Origin: Lama glama
Taxonomy: Eukaryota
Assembly: GCA_028534125.1 (NCBI GenBank)
Contig: CM052816.1
Location: 34,970,001-35,034,000, forward strand
Direction of reading: 5' to 3'
DNA length: 64,000 bases
This document shows positions 15,343-27,765 of this stretch, piece by piece. The notes under the pieces were generated by a model, which saw nothing but the letters and a program-made list of their open reading frames with translations, did no database searches and was not told the origin of the DNA. The stretch's first letter is position 1. Each line of letters opens with the position of its first letter. Both the position numbers and the translations under genes were made by a program.

Positions 15343-16779
15343 TTACTGCCATTTAAATTTCTTCTTCACTGTTTTGTTCTTCTTTGTTCCTTTCTTTTGC
15401 TTTCCTCCTTTGTGGTTTGATTTTTTCAGTGGTATGCTTAGATTTTTCTCATTATCTTTTGTGTATCAACTGTAGGTTTTGACTTTGTTGTAACCATTAG
15501 TCTTACATATAACAACATACATTTTTAATAGTCTGTTTTAAGTTGATTAAAACATAAGTTTGAACACATTATAAAGTTCCTCATTTTCATTCACCCCCGC
15601 AATGTTTTATGCTTTTGATGTCAAATTTTGCATCTTTTAATCTTGTATATCCCTTAACTAATTTTTGTAGTTATAGTTAGTTATTTTTAATTTCTTTAGT
15701 CTTTAACCTTCATACTAACTTTATAAGTGATTAACTCACTACCTTTACTATACATTTACCTTTACCAGTGAAATTTATACTGAAATATATTTTGTTACTA
15801 CTTAGCAACTTTTCAGCTTAGAGAAGTCCCTTTAACACTCCTTGTAAGGTCAATTTAGTGGTGATGAACTCCGTTAGGTTTTGCTTCTCTGGAAAACTCT
15901 CTCTTCTTGAATTTTGAACGATAACTTTGCCAAGTAGCGTATTCTTCGTTGGAAATGTTTTTCTTCCAGCACTGTGAATATATCCTACCATTCTCTTCTT
16001 GCATGCAGTTTCTGTTGAAAAACCTGCTGATAGTTGTGTAGGGGATACCTTGTTATTACAAGCTATTTTTCTCATGCTGCTTTTAAGATTCTCTAACTTT
16101 TGACTTTTTAATTAAAATGTGTCTTGGTGTGGGTCTCTTTAGGGTCATCTTATTTGGAACTCTATGGGTTTCCTGGATCTGGATGTCTGTTTCCTTTCCC
16201 AGGTAGCGAAGATTCAGCCATTATATTTTCAAATAAGTTTTCTGCCCCTTTCCCTCTATCTTCTCCATCTGAGACTCCTAGAATGCAAATGTTAGTCTGC
16301 TAGATGTTGGTCTCATAACTCCCTTAAGCTATCTTTACGTGTTTTTATTCTTTTTCTTTTCACTGCTCAGATTGGGGGAGTTCCTCTGCCCTGTCTTTGA
16401 GCTCACTGATTCAGCTTCATCCAATATGATTTTGAAACCTTCTAGTATATTGTATTCTTCACTTCTGTGCCTTCTTTTTGGTACTTTCTTTTATTTTCTC
16501 TTTGTTGAAATTCTCACCCTGTTCATCCATTCTTTACCACCTTTACTTTGAATCAGCTAGATGAAGATGAAACTTATCCAACCCTGGCCTAACCTGCTTG
16601 TCTCCCAAGCCCTTGTGGTTGTCTAGGCAGCCTTTTTTTTTTTTTTTTTTTGGTAGCTCCTAGTAGTTGAGGATTACAAGACCTGTCAGTGTCCAGGAGG
16701 GGAGTGTCTTAGCATCTACATTCACTCTGATTGGAAGCCAGACCCTCAGACGGCAACTTTAAAGCATGTAAAACCATCC

Positions 16780-17760
16780 CGGCCTGTGCAACTGCAAGTG
16801 TAAGCCCTGCTGGCCATCAGCCACGTGATCTTGAGTCCCCCGGATGACAGTCACAAAAACAGGGACTCCAAACAAGTGTATAAGCTCCTTTTCTGGGAGA
16901 TGCTGGCAAGCTTTAGTAACACAGAGAGGGACATGACAAAATGTGCTCTGGCCTGCGTTCCCTCAGAGCACTTCTAGATGTGTGACAAGCGTGGAGCCTG
17001 CCCTCAGCTGAAGCTCCAGGACGAGGGTGTAGGCCTCTCACAGAAGCACTGTGCTCCCAGTCTTGGCTCTTGGTGTGCCTGATGGGGTAGCTGTTCAAGA
17101 ACTCTTTCTCAGTCCTGTGGGACCCAGGAGTGTAAACCCTGCTGGCAGCCAGAGCCAGGCAATGTAGAGGTGTCCCCTGACAGCAGCTTAAAAAAAACTG
17201 AGGCCCTGGACAAGAGTATAAGCTACTTTCTTGGAGTTAGCAGTGAGCCTGTGTGAGGCAGAGGGAGAGCACGAAGATTGCATCCACTGGCCTTATTCCC
17301 TGAGAGCAATCCTCCAGGCCCCTAGAAGTGTGCCTGCCCTGCAGGCTGAAGCTCCTGGACCAGCAAATAGTGTTTCTCAGAAAGACTAGGGGTGGGTGTC
17401 AGTCTGCTGTCAGTGCAGTGCAGTGCCTTGGGAGTGGCAGTCTGCCAGAAAAACAATCTCTAAGATTGTTACAGTCCTGTGGGACCCAGGGAGGCTAGAT
17501 CTCTGGTCTCCAGAACCTGGTGATCAGAGGCCATCTCCTGGGTGGCAGCCACAAAAACCAGGGCACCACACATGCATAAAAGCTCCTCTCTGGGAGATAC
17601 TGGCACTCTGGAGCATAGCAGAGGGGAAGTGTGAAGATGGTGCCCGCTGGCATCCGTCCCTGGAAATACCCTACCAGGTTCCTACTAGATGTGTTAAATT
17701 AGATGCCTGTGCTCAGTCTGATGCTTTTAGATTAGCAAATGAGCCTCTTTCACATAAAGT
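16780..17760 (-). repeat. About three degenerate tandem units of 340-360 bp in the L1 5' UTR
   Basis: Exact 19-mer cagtcctgtgggacccagg at 17110 and 17472. A (t)ataa(a)gct...ggag motif recurs at ~16880, ~17218 and ~17577. ctgaagctcc also recurs. Confidence 0.75.
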
Positions 17761-17871
17761 CTAGGAACCTCTCGTTTGGCTGCTCCTGTGCTGGGCCCTG
17801 GGGCAGGCGAGCCCTTTAAGACTCATTTCTCATAGCCTTGTGGGTCTCATAAATGCAATACAAGCCCAGGT

Positions 17872-19232
17872 CTGTCTTTTTCTTTTTCGTTTTTAATTGA
17901 AGTATAGTTGATTTACAATGTTGTGTTAGTTTCTGGTGTACAGTGTAGTAGTGATTCAGTTATACATATATATTCTTTTTCATTACAGTTTATCACAAGA
18001 TACTGAATATAGTTCCATGTGCTGTACAGTAGGATCTTGTTGTTCATCTGTTTTGTATACAATGGTTCATATATGCAAATCCCAACTTCCTAATTTATCT
18101 CTCCAGCCCCTTTTCCTTTTGGTAACCTTATATTTTTTTTTTTTATGTGAGTCTGTTTCTGTTTTTTAAGTAAGTTCATTTGTATCATTTTTTTAGATTC
18201 CCCATATAAGTGATACCATATACTTGTCTTTATCTGAGTTACTTCACTTAGTATGATAGTCTCTAGGTCTATCGCTGTTGCTAAAATGGTATTTCATTCT
18301 TTTTATGGCTGAGTAGTATTCTATTGTGTATGATATGTGCGTGTGTGCGTGTGTGTCTGTATGTATATATATAAAACAACTTTTTATCCAGTTGTCTGTT
18401 GATGGATATTTAGGTTGTTTCCATGAGTTGGCTGTTGTGTACAGTGCTGCTATGAACGCTGGGGTGCAGGTATCTTTTTGAGTTGGAGTTTTCTATAGAT
18501 ATATGCCCAGAAGGGCATATGTTCTTAGGAAAGAAAATCTGTTTACGGTAACACATAGCCTTTTAAATTAACATATATCTGAAACAACAAATCAAGACTT
18601 CTTATAAAGAGAAATATATCTACTTTTTTGATTTTTTAAAAAAATGCTTATATTATACTTAATTTTCAGACCTCATATACTTTACACATTAATACTTTAC
18701 AGATTAAAAGATTTTTATTTGTAGACTTTTTAACGATGGCCATCCTGACCAGTGTGAGGTGATACCTCACTGTAGTTTTGACTTGCATTTCTCTGATAAT
18801 TAGCGACACTGAGCATCTTTTCTTGTGCTTATTGGTCATTTGTATGTCTTCATTAGAGAAATGTCTGTGTAGGTCTTTTGCCCTTTTTTTGATTGGGTTG
18901 TTTGTTGTTGTTAGTGAGTTGTATGTTGTATGAGTTGTTTGCAAATATTTTCTCCCAGTCCATAGGTTGTCTTTTTGTTTTATGGTTTCCTTTGCTGTGC
19001 AAAAGCTTGTAAGTTTAAGTCTCATTTGTTTATTTTTTCTCTTAATTCTATTGCCTTGGTAGACTGACCTAGGAAAACATTGCTATGAATTATGTCAGAG
19101 AATGTTTTACCTGTGTTCTCTCTTAGGAGATTTATGGTGTCTTGTCTTCTGTTTAAGTCTTTAAGCCATTTTGAATTTATTTTTGCATATGGTTTGAGGA
19201 AGGGTTCTAACTTCATTGATTTACATGCAGTT
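17872..19232 (-). mobile_element. 5'-truncated L1 nested in the 5' UTR of the old L1
   Basis: L1 3' UTR from ~17890; ORF2 remnants at 18666-19216. TSD agcccaggt at 17863-17871 and 19233-19241. Confidence 0.88.
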
Positions 19233-19649
19233 AGCCCAGGTTATTTTCAAAGCCAAATGTTTTGGGGGCTCATCTCTCAGGTGCAGATCTTAAAAGCTGG
19301 GATGTCTGATACGGGGTTGAAACCCCTGTACTCCTATGGGAGAAGTTCTTGGTTTTGAGTTTCCTCCTGATTGCAGGTCCCTGAACCAGGGGTGGGATTT
19401 ATGGCAATATTGTATCTCAGCCTCCTGCCTGCTTCAATGTGGCTTTTCTTCCTTGTTTGCCCAATGTGGACAAGTTGTTCAGCTAGTTTTTAGGGGTTTT
19501 TTTTTAGGGGCAACTACTCCAAGTGCAGCTGTAGATTCAGTGTGTCTGTGGGAGGAAGTGAGTTCAGGATCCACCTATGTTACCATCTTAAAGTGGAATT
19601 TTGCTGGATAGTTATAAAGGGCTAAAAGTAATTTATAATCATAGCTACT

Positions 19650-19840
19650 TTTCCGTCTCTCACTTGCTCCTCACAATACCCTTTGCAAGGGAAGGTATCA
19701 TTCTTATTTGCAAATGAAAAAAACACAGGTGTAGAGAAATAGACACCTTGCGAAGGTCATGTAACTGCTGAGATAACTGGTTGGGAAACCTGGTCCTGAT
19801 GGGTGACCCAGGACTCTTTTCATTATAAATCCTACCTCCC
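19650..19840 (-). mobile_element. MIR SINE
   Basis: Resembles the MIR core (atttgcaaatgaaaaaaacacaggtgtagaga...aaggtcatgtaact). Confidence 0.6.
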
Positions 19841-21479
19841 TCTCTTTTCATAGTACTTAGTTACACTAATTAGAGCTTTTATCAGTCCCAAATTCCCAGG
19901 TGACAAAATGAACAAACTTATTCTAATGATTGTTAAATAGATTATTTTATTTTTTATTTATTTGCCCCTTCCTAACACAGAACCTTTGCAGACAGTTGTA
20001 CTGAGAATGGAGGCAGTATTTATGCTGAGGAGGCTGTGAAGTACGCCACCATTGTGTGTTTAAAAAGAGGGAGGGAGATAGACAAATAGAAGGGGAGAAG
20101 AATAGGGTAAGAGTTTTTGCCTTCAGGAAGGGGAATTACATGGCTACAGGCAGGTGTGGGGGAGGGGCTTACATTTCAGTGTAGGCCCTTTACTACTGCT
20201 TGACTAAGAAAAAAATTAATGTTATTTAATTTTTAACTCTTTCGAAATCTTAAAAAAAATAACATTAACGACAAAATAATGGTGAAAATAAGTTCACTTC
20301 TGTGTGTCTAAGGCTTTTTCTGTCTTCCCTGACCCCACACTGAGGGAAGCCTGGGCAGCATTTCACACATTCCTGAGGGCAAAAGTAATCAGAAAAGAAT
20401 CAGTGGGGAATAAATGACCCTTGGAAATGAGGCAACATTTACCACCAATCATAAAATGTTATTTGTATGACACATACAAGTAGTATAACAAGAAATAAGA
20501 CTTTCATAAAATATAAATATTTTCTCTTACTTAAAAAAATGTTAGGATTTAAGAGCCAATCTTTAGTTATTTTAGTCTGTGAAAACAAAAAATTTCTCAG
20601 GGTTGCCATGAGACTTGCAGACCCTAAGGATTGGGTAATAAATACTCCCAACTTAAAATCTATCCCTCATCTAAGCTGTTCTGCATTTTATAAAGTTAAT
20701 ATTAAAGACTGCTAAAAGAGGTCCCTCACTGCCAGTCAAAGATCTTCATGCTTGTCTTTATTACATGACATGTAGGTCTGGCTCTTAGAGATACTTGGAA
20801 TTAGAATTTTGATTTGTAAATACTTTAGTCAGCTCGAAATTCAGCTAAAATACAATTAAAATACAGTGACTGAGAAGCAGAATTTTGCTTGGCATAACTG
20901 TTTAACAGCAAGAGGACTTTTAAAGGCAATATAATGTAGAAAATCTGGCAAACAGGGTTAAGGACAAATTCTAGAGAGCTGGATTTTATTGGTAAGGCTT
21001 TAGGGCTTCCAAGTTTGCAGGGATGCTGTAAGGATCAACAAGAAGGTGCTTTACAATGTCTTGTCATCTAAAGAAAGCCTCTGCGTAAATACCAACGTTC
21101 TATAATCCTTTCTCTTATCCTGTGATTGTGCTCCTTAGGAACAGAGCTCAGCTATGGAAAATCGCAGGGCTGCCATTTTCTCTAGATTTTCAGGAATGGT
21201 GATTTTAGTTTCTGATCACTAGAAAACTTACTTACAAAAAGCTTCTCTTGCCAGCACATGGGAAGACAAACTAAGGGTGAGGATTAGTATCTACGGAGTA
21301 TTAAGCTAAACTCATTGTTAGGAACTAGAACAGCTTAGCCAATTTCTCACAATGACAACTACCTACATTTATCTATTCCACGGGGTCGCTGATAGGCTGT
21401 GAAGCAGATTCTGGTGTCCTAGATCCACCCAAAGTCACTTCCAAACCAATTATACTCCAAAACTTAATCTGGAAAACAT

Positions 21480-22040
21480 TTAGTTGTTCCCCAAAAAGTT
21501 AAGCATAGGATCACCTCATGACTCCTAGTGCATACTCAGAATTGAAAATAGGTACTGAAACAGATTCTAGTATACAGATGTTCACAGCTGCACTATTCAC
21601 AATTGCCACAAGGTAAAACCTGCTCAAGTATACTTCAATGGATGAACAAATTGTAGTGAACACAATGGAATATTATTCAGCCACAAAAAGGAATAAAATA
21701 ATGATACATGCTACAACATGGATGAACCTTGAAAACATTATGCTAAAAAGCCACAAATAAAAAAGGTCATGTATTACAATTCCATTGATATGAAAAATGC
21801 AGAATAGATAAATACATAGTGAGAAAAAGCAGTTATGCGGTTGCCAGTGGCTGAGGGGAGGGAGGGATGAAGAGTAATTGCTTAATATTGATATAAGAGT
21901 GATAAAGATTTAGAGTGATAAAAATGTTCCGGACCTAGATCGAGGCAGTGAGTGGTTGCACAACATTGTGAACTCTACTAAATGCCGCTGAATTTTTCAC
22001 TTTAAAGTGGTTGTTTATGTTATGTGAATTTCACCTCAAA
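21480..22040 (+). mobile_element. Ancient L1 3' end (L1MB-like)
   Basis: atggaatattattcagcc...atggatgaaccttgaaaacattatgct...tgttatgtgaatttcacctcaa is a typical L1MB 3' terminus. Confidence 0.8.
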
Positions 22041-22820
22041 GCCTTTTTTAAATGACCTGTCTTTAAGCATTAAGCTAGGCCCTTTGTATACACCTTATTC
22101 TTAATTTTTCATGGTAAAGTAATTTCTGACTTCAAATCAACAAAGAATCATTTTACAGTATGTTTTTTCAAAACATACTACACCCATCCTCCATGGCTCA
22201 TGTGCTGCTTCCCTTAATGAAAATGTAATTTCTTATTTCACAATTTTTTAAAACAAAATTCTTGAGCTGTTACCCAGCTTGTTACGGCCCATTTCATCCC
22301 AACCACAGATAATGCAAGCTGTATTTATTTCCAATTACAATGACACATAAAAATGCAAGTGGAAAAAAATCCCTGCTGTTTTAAAATGTAACTCCAATCT
22401 CTCTCTTCCCATAAGATTTATACAAGTTCCAGAGGCTGAGATGCTAAGAAACCATGTCAGTTTTCAGAATGAGAAACTACTGAATTGATAGACTTAATAT
22501 TTTAAGAACCTAACATTAGATGAGATTATTGGACCAATTACAAGACATTCAAAAGAAATGGTCCAGAGCCCCAGCAATACTTTTTTTTCTCTGTGTATAG
22601 TTTGACTATTAAAATAGAAATAGTTTTTTTTTTGGATAAGAAAAACTTTCAGATGCACAGTCATACTTACCAATGCTTATAAGTACATCTTTTATATCTA
22701 GCAGTCTTACATATAAAAATCTGAATATGGTCAATGAATTAACCTTAATTCATAACGTTTCTGCTCATATTTAAGTGCAAAGTGAATACTTAGACATCTT
22801 TTATGTTGCTCCTGGGATCA

Positions 22821-23087
<267 letters not shown>

Positions 23088-23418
23088 TTACAATAAGACA
23101 CAGAAAACACCTATTAAAACAAATTGAAAGCCGCTTTCACATTCATGACTTTCACACTTTGCATTTTTACATTTGCAGTGTATTCATAATGAGGTTAAGA
23201 AAGCTTGTGATTTACCAGTCTGTCCCATCTTTTCTGACAAAGGTAAAAATCATTCATGAGAACATTTGCATATGGAACAGGCCACATGCAAATTTTCTAG
23301 GTACCACATGTATTACTTACATTTAAATAGAAAAACACCGATTCCAGGGTTAAGAGAGAAAAACCACAGAGGAGAGGCTAAGCAAACGTGGCACCATTTC
23401 CTCTCTGACTGGGTTTCC

Positions 23419-23623
23419 CAGAGCAGCACCACAGGAGACTGTAATGAGGGGATGTTTTCTGCCTGTGCTGTTGGATAGCTGGCTGTTAGCCATGTGTGCT
23501 GATTGAACACTTGCGCTGTGGCTAGTGGGATGGAGAAACTGAACTTTTAAACTTTCTTTTTGGTTAATTAAATTTAAATAGCTGTATGTGGCTCATAGCT
23601 ATGAAGTAGTCTTTGGCAGTGTA
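23419..23623 (+). mobile_element. MER3-like hAT-Charlie non-autonomous DNA transposon
   Basis: tagccatgtgtgctgattgaacacttg...gtggctagtg...aactgaactttta...aaatttaaatagctgtatgtggct follows the MER3 consensus as I recall it. Confidence 0.75.
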
Positions 23624-24099
23624 GGATGGCAGAGGTTCAGAGAGGCTGGCTGCTGTTTTCTTTTTTTGTACGTCAGGGATACAAAACACTATGTGATGCT
23701 CTGGCCCTGCCTCTGCCCACCTCAGCTTGTTCCACTCTCTCCATAATTTGCTATATCCCAGCCATACTCAGCTCCCTTTTGTCCCCAGACACACAGGACA
23801 AATCTCCTAAACAGGGCAAGCTTATTTCCAGTGGAGGGCTGAGCACTCAGCTGTCCCCTTCGCCTAGGTGTTCTCCTACACTTCTGCAAAGCTGGGTCCT
23901 CTTCATTCCTTCTTAGCTCAAACCGCTGTACTTCCCAGCCTCTCCTGCAGCTTGCTATGGCCATCATCTAAGTTCTGGCCAAGGAGATACAAGCAGAAGA
24001 GTTGTCTAGAATTTCTAGGAAGTTTCTTTAAAAGAAAAGGGAAGTACCATTCCATTTCTCTCCTCAGAGAGCTCTGTCTTGACTACCCTTAACTAAAAG

Positions 24100-25336
24100 G
24101 AAAGGCAGCAATAAACAAAACAGACCAAGTCCCTACCCTAATTCTAGTGGGGAAGACATTCAATGATCAAATTCATGTATGGACATATACATGTTTATAT
24201 CTAGATATATATAAAGTACATGAACATGCACATACACACACGTGTGCAGAAAGTCAGATAACAGGTCAAATGGCAAGTGTTAAGAAAAAGAGCTGCATAA
24301 AGGGAAGAAGATTTCTAAGAGGGAATCCTATTTAGACAGGTTATTAGAGAAGGTCTCTTTGATAATGGATATTTGATCAAAGACCTGAAGGCAGTTATGG
24401 AGCAAGCCATGGGGGCACCTAGGAGAAGGGTTCAAGGTTCAAGGTAGAAGGAATAGTAGATACACAGGCCCTAAAATTGGTTCATGCTTGGTATATTCAA
24501 GGAACATCAAGGGAGCCAGTAGAGCTGGAGTGAAATGTGTAAGGCAGAGAACGGGGGATTTAATCAGAGTTGGCCAGGACCACATGATGTATGGCCTTTG
24601 AGTAGTAAGCTCCTTGGATTTTATTCAGCACGAGCTGGGAGGTACCCAGAGAGTTATGCACACAGGAATGACATGATATGACTTATGTTTTGAAGGACTA
24701 TATGCTATGATGTGGAGAATGGACTGGCAGAACTAGAGAGACCAGTGAGGAGCCTGTTTCAGAAGTCGAGGAGAGGTGATGATAGTCTATGTTAAAATGA
24801 AAGTGGTGGAGTTGGTCAGAAGGTACCAGATTTAGGATATATTTTGAAAGGATATACAATTAACAGGATTTGCTGGTGGACTGGATACAGAATAGGAGAA
24901 GAAAGAGTGTCGCAGATTACTCAAGATACGTTGACCTAAGCCATTGGAAGAATGGAGCTGACACCGAAATGGGAAACCGGGGGGAAGACCAGTCACAGAG
25001 TACCGCAAAGACGGCCAGTTGGCTCCTAATGTCCATTTCCTCCTCTTTATCAGTTAAAAAAAAAATCCTCATGTTAGCTAAATATATTTTCATTCAGTAC
25101 CAACCTCCTCTGCAGCTAGATATGGCTGTAATCTAAGTTCTAGTCAATAAGACATGAGCAGAACAGTTGTCTAGAATGTCTAGAAAGTTTCTTTAAAAGA
25201 AGGAGGAAGTACCATTCCATTTCTCCCTCCCACTGACAAAAAGAGGGAGCACACTGAAAGATAGCAGGAGACAAGGAGCAAGTAGGCTGCCATGCATGTT
25301 CTGGTCTGCCTACCTCTGTGTCTTGGGATTTTTAAT

Positions 25337-25368
<32 letters not shown>

Positions 25369-26172
25369 CTTGTGTTATATGCAGTCAAAAGTAATCCAGT
25401 TCTGGGGGTGGGGAGTTGGGGTTTGGACATGTTGGGTTTGAGATGTCTATTTGATATCCAAGTAGAGGTGTTGGGTAGGGAGCTGGGTACATTAGTCTAA
25501 AGGTCAGAAGAGAGGTCTCAGAGTTGTCAGCTTTCAGATGGCATTTGAGGCTCTGGGACTGGAGAATGCTTCCAGGTAGAGCGTGAGTATAGAGAGGAAA
25601 AGAGATATTCACAAACTGAGTTCTAGAGCACTGCATAATTTAGAGAAGGGCTGAAGAAAGAAGGCTGGGAAGGAGCAGCAAGTGACGCAGGAGGGAAACC
25701 AAGAGAGCAGCAAGGGAGGCTGATGTCCTGGAGGCCAAATGAGGAAAGCTTTTCAATGAGGAACAGAAATTAACTGTCAGCTACTACTGAGAAGACAAGA
25801 ATGATGAGGACTCTGAACTGGCCACTGGATTTGGCAACATGGAATTTAATAAGACACTGACTGACAAGAGCAATTTCAGTGGAGCTGTGGGTGTAAAAGA
25901 ATGATTGGAGTGTGTTCAAAGAGAATGAGAAAAAGAGGGAGAGATAGTAAGTTTAGACACTTTTGAGTAAACTTGGTGTAAAAGGGTAAAGAGAAATGGG
26001 GAGGCCACTCGAGGGGGTTTCAGGTCAAAGGAGTTGCCTCCGCCAGTGGGGGTTGTTCCATGTATATGTGCAGATGGTAGTAATACTGTACAGAGGGAAA
26101 ACCTAATGCAGGAAGGAAAGGTGACAACTGCAGGTGTGAAGCCCTTGAGAATGTAAGAGGTGATGGGATCCA
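24100..26172 (-). mobile_element. LINE-2 fragment interrupted by an MLT1-like LTR (~24995-25395)
   Basis: Purine-rich antisense L2 motifs: gaaggtctctttgataatggatatttgatcaaagacctgaagg; tttggacatgttgggtttgagatgtct; ccactggatttggcaacatgg. Confidence 0.75.
24995..25395 (+). mobile_element. MLT1-like (MaLR) solo LTR containing a (TG)n tract at ~25342-25368
   Basis: MLT1-like motifs (ctctgcagctagatatggctg...ctaagttctagtcaataaga; tgttatatgcagtcaaaagtaatcc) interrupt the L2. Confidence 0.6.
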
Positions 26173-26929
26173 TCTGCTCTTCAGAGCTGTTTTTCCAATG
26201 CTCGGTAGAGTACTTGGTGCATAGTAGGTGCTCAGTAAATGCTTACTGAATGAATCCATACGTCCTATCTTAGGCTAGGAGTGATCCCTGCTGAAGGCCG
26301 GTTGTCTGTTCTGTGTTTTCCTTTGTAATTCTTTTCTCCTGAGGAATAATCAACTACTTGTTTCTCTTTCAGCTGTGATTGTTTTCTATACTTATCTTAG
26401 GAATACACCCCTACGTATCAAAATGACTCAAGACCTGTAAAAAGTTAAAGTCTAATTTACATGATTGTTCTTATAACTTAGGAAGTACCTTTAGCAACTG
26501 ACTTGTATCAACTGTTGGCTGGTGATGATGGTATTTTTTTGAGGGTGTTAAATTAACCTTGGAATTGACATGCATAACTGATTTGATGACTAGAGAAATC
26601 ATAGTTTTATATTTTAGTAGGAAACTTGGGTGGTAGAACCTAAAGACATTCAGAAAAGAATGTGACATTTTCTGCCTTACTAATTTGCTACGATTGGCTT
26701 TATTCATTTAGGTCACGTTTCACAGTGAAGAACCTAGAAAAAGCCCAAGGTTAAAATTAAATCTGAGTCACTTCCAAATCTTAAGATGTGGTGTGAGTGC
26801 CCAGGGCAAGAGTGAGAGATTCTGGTTTGTTGCTAGACAAGGTGAGCAATACTGAAATGCTGGTTCATCTTGATCTGTTGGAAGGAATTGTATCATATTG
26901 GGTCAAGAACCCCAAGTCCTACTTACAGC

Positions 26930-27112
26930 GCAGATGGGCAGAACAAATCCTAGCTCTGCCACTTACTTGTGTGGCCTTGGCTTATTAACCTTCATTTCAA
27001 TTGTATAAAAAACACACCCTAGCGGGGTTAAATTAGCTAATGTTTGTGAAGTGCTAGCATGCAACATGTGGCTCAAAGTAAATCTTAGACAAGCTATTAC
27101 TACTACTACTAT
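26930..27112 (+). mobile_element. MIR SINE
   Basis: aaatcctagctctgccacttact...gtggccttgg...taatgtttgtgaagtgct, ending in a (tac)n tail. Confidence 0.7.
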
Positions 27113-27159
27113 AGAAGGTCTGGAACAGTGAGATAGGTTGTGGTCTGCACTATTTGCAG

Positions 27160-27765
27160 AGGATATGATTTTTTTTTTGCGTAGAAAATCTCAAGGAATT
27201 TACACATAACAAGTAGAACTATTAAACTAAGCAACATTGCAAGGAAAAAGGTTAATATTAAAAAATATTCTCGAATGCTAGCAGCAAACAATTGGAAAAT
27301 AAATTCCATTTAAAGTAATGCCAATAAAACAAATACCTAAAAATAAGACAATTAAGTTCTATATACCTCAACCTACAAAACTTGACTGAGAAAAAATAAT
27401 AAATAAATAGAAAGAAAGTCCATGCTCATGAAGTAGAAGATAAGATTAAGACGGCCATTATTTCCAAACGAATCCAAAGATTTACTCCCAAACATTATTC
27501 TAGCAGACATCTTTGTAAAATTAGACAAACTGATTCTAAAATGGATTGGGATTGCAAAGGTTCTAGAATAATCAAAATAATTTTAAGAAAGAAGTTGAAG
27601 GACGTACCCAACCTGATTTTAAACCTGACTATAAAGCTATTGTTATCAATTCAGTTCAGTAAAGGAAAAAATACATTACAGCTCGATGGAACAGAACAGA
27701 GGGTCCAGAAATCGATTAGACTACAGACATGTGGTCAGCTGGTTTCTGACAGAGGTACAGTGGCA
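27160..27765 (+). mobile_element. Ancient L1 ORF2 fragment
   Basis: Decayed ORF2-like DNA (aaactgattctaaa...tggaacagaacagagggtccagaaat); ORFs 27541 and 27686 are L1-like remnants. Confidence 0.7.

Larger units (their letters stand above)
10331..19598 (-). mobile_element. Old, decayed, apparently full-length LINE-1 (L1MA-like 3' end) interrupted by three younger L1 insertions
   Basis: 3' UTR near 10360. ORF2 remnants include 12036-12293 and the RT-like 13431-13760 ([22 protein letters not shown]...). ORF2 start ATG GCA GTA AGT at 15352. ORF1 remnant around 15800-16550 (FITTKLTLQGVLKGLL). GC-richer 5' UTR at 16600-17870 and 19233-19598, with an AAGATGG YY1-like motif near its 5' end (~19583-19589). 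Confidence 0.85.

Noticed and set aside
16780..17760. CRISPR-like or satellite array
   Set aside because: Long degenerate units with no repeat-spacer structure, embedded in an L1 5' UTR in a mammalian genome.
10331..19598. Active, intact L1
   Set aside because: ORF1 and ORF2 are broken by stops, frameshifts, deletions, a microsatellite and nested insertions.
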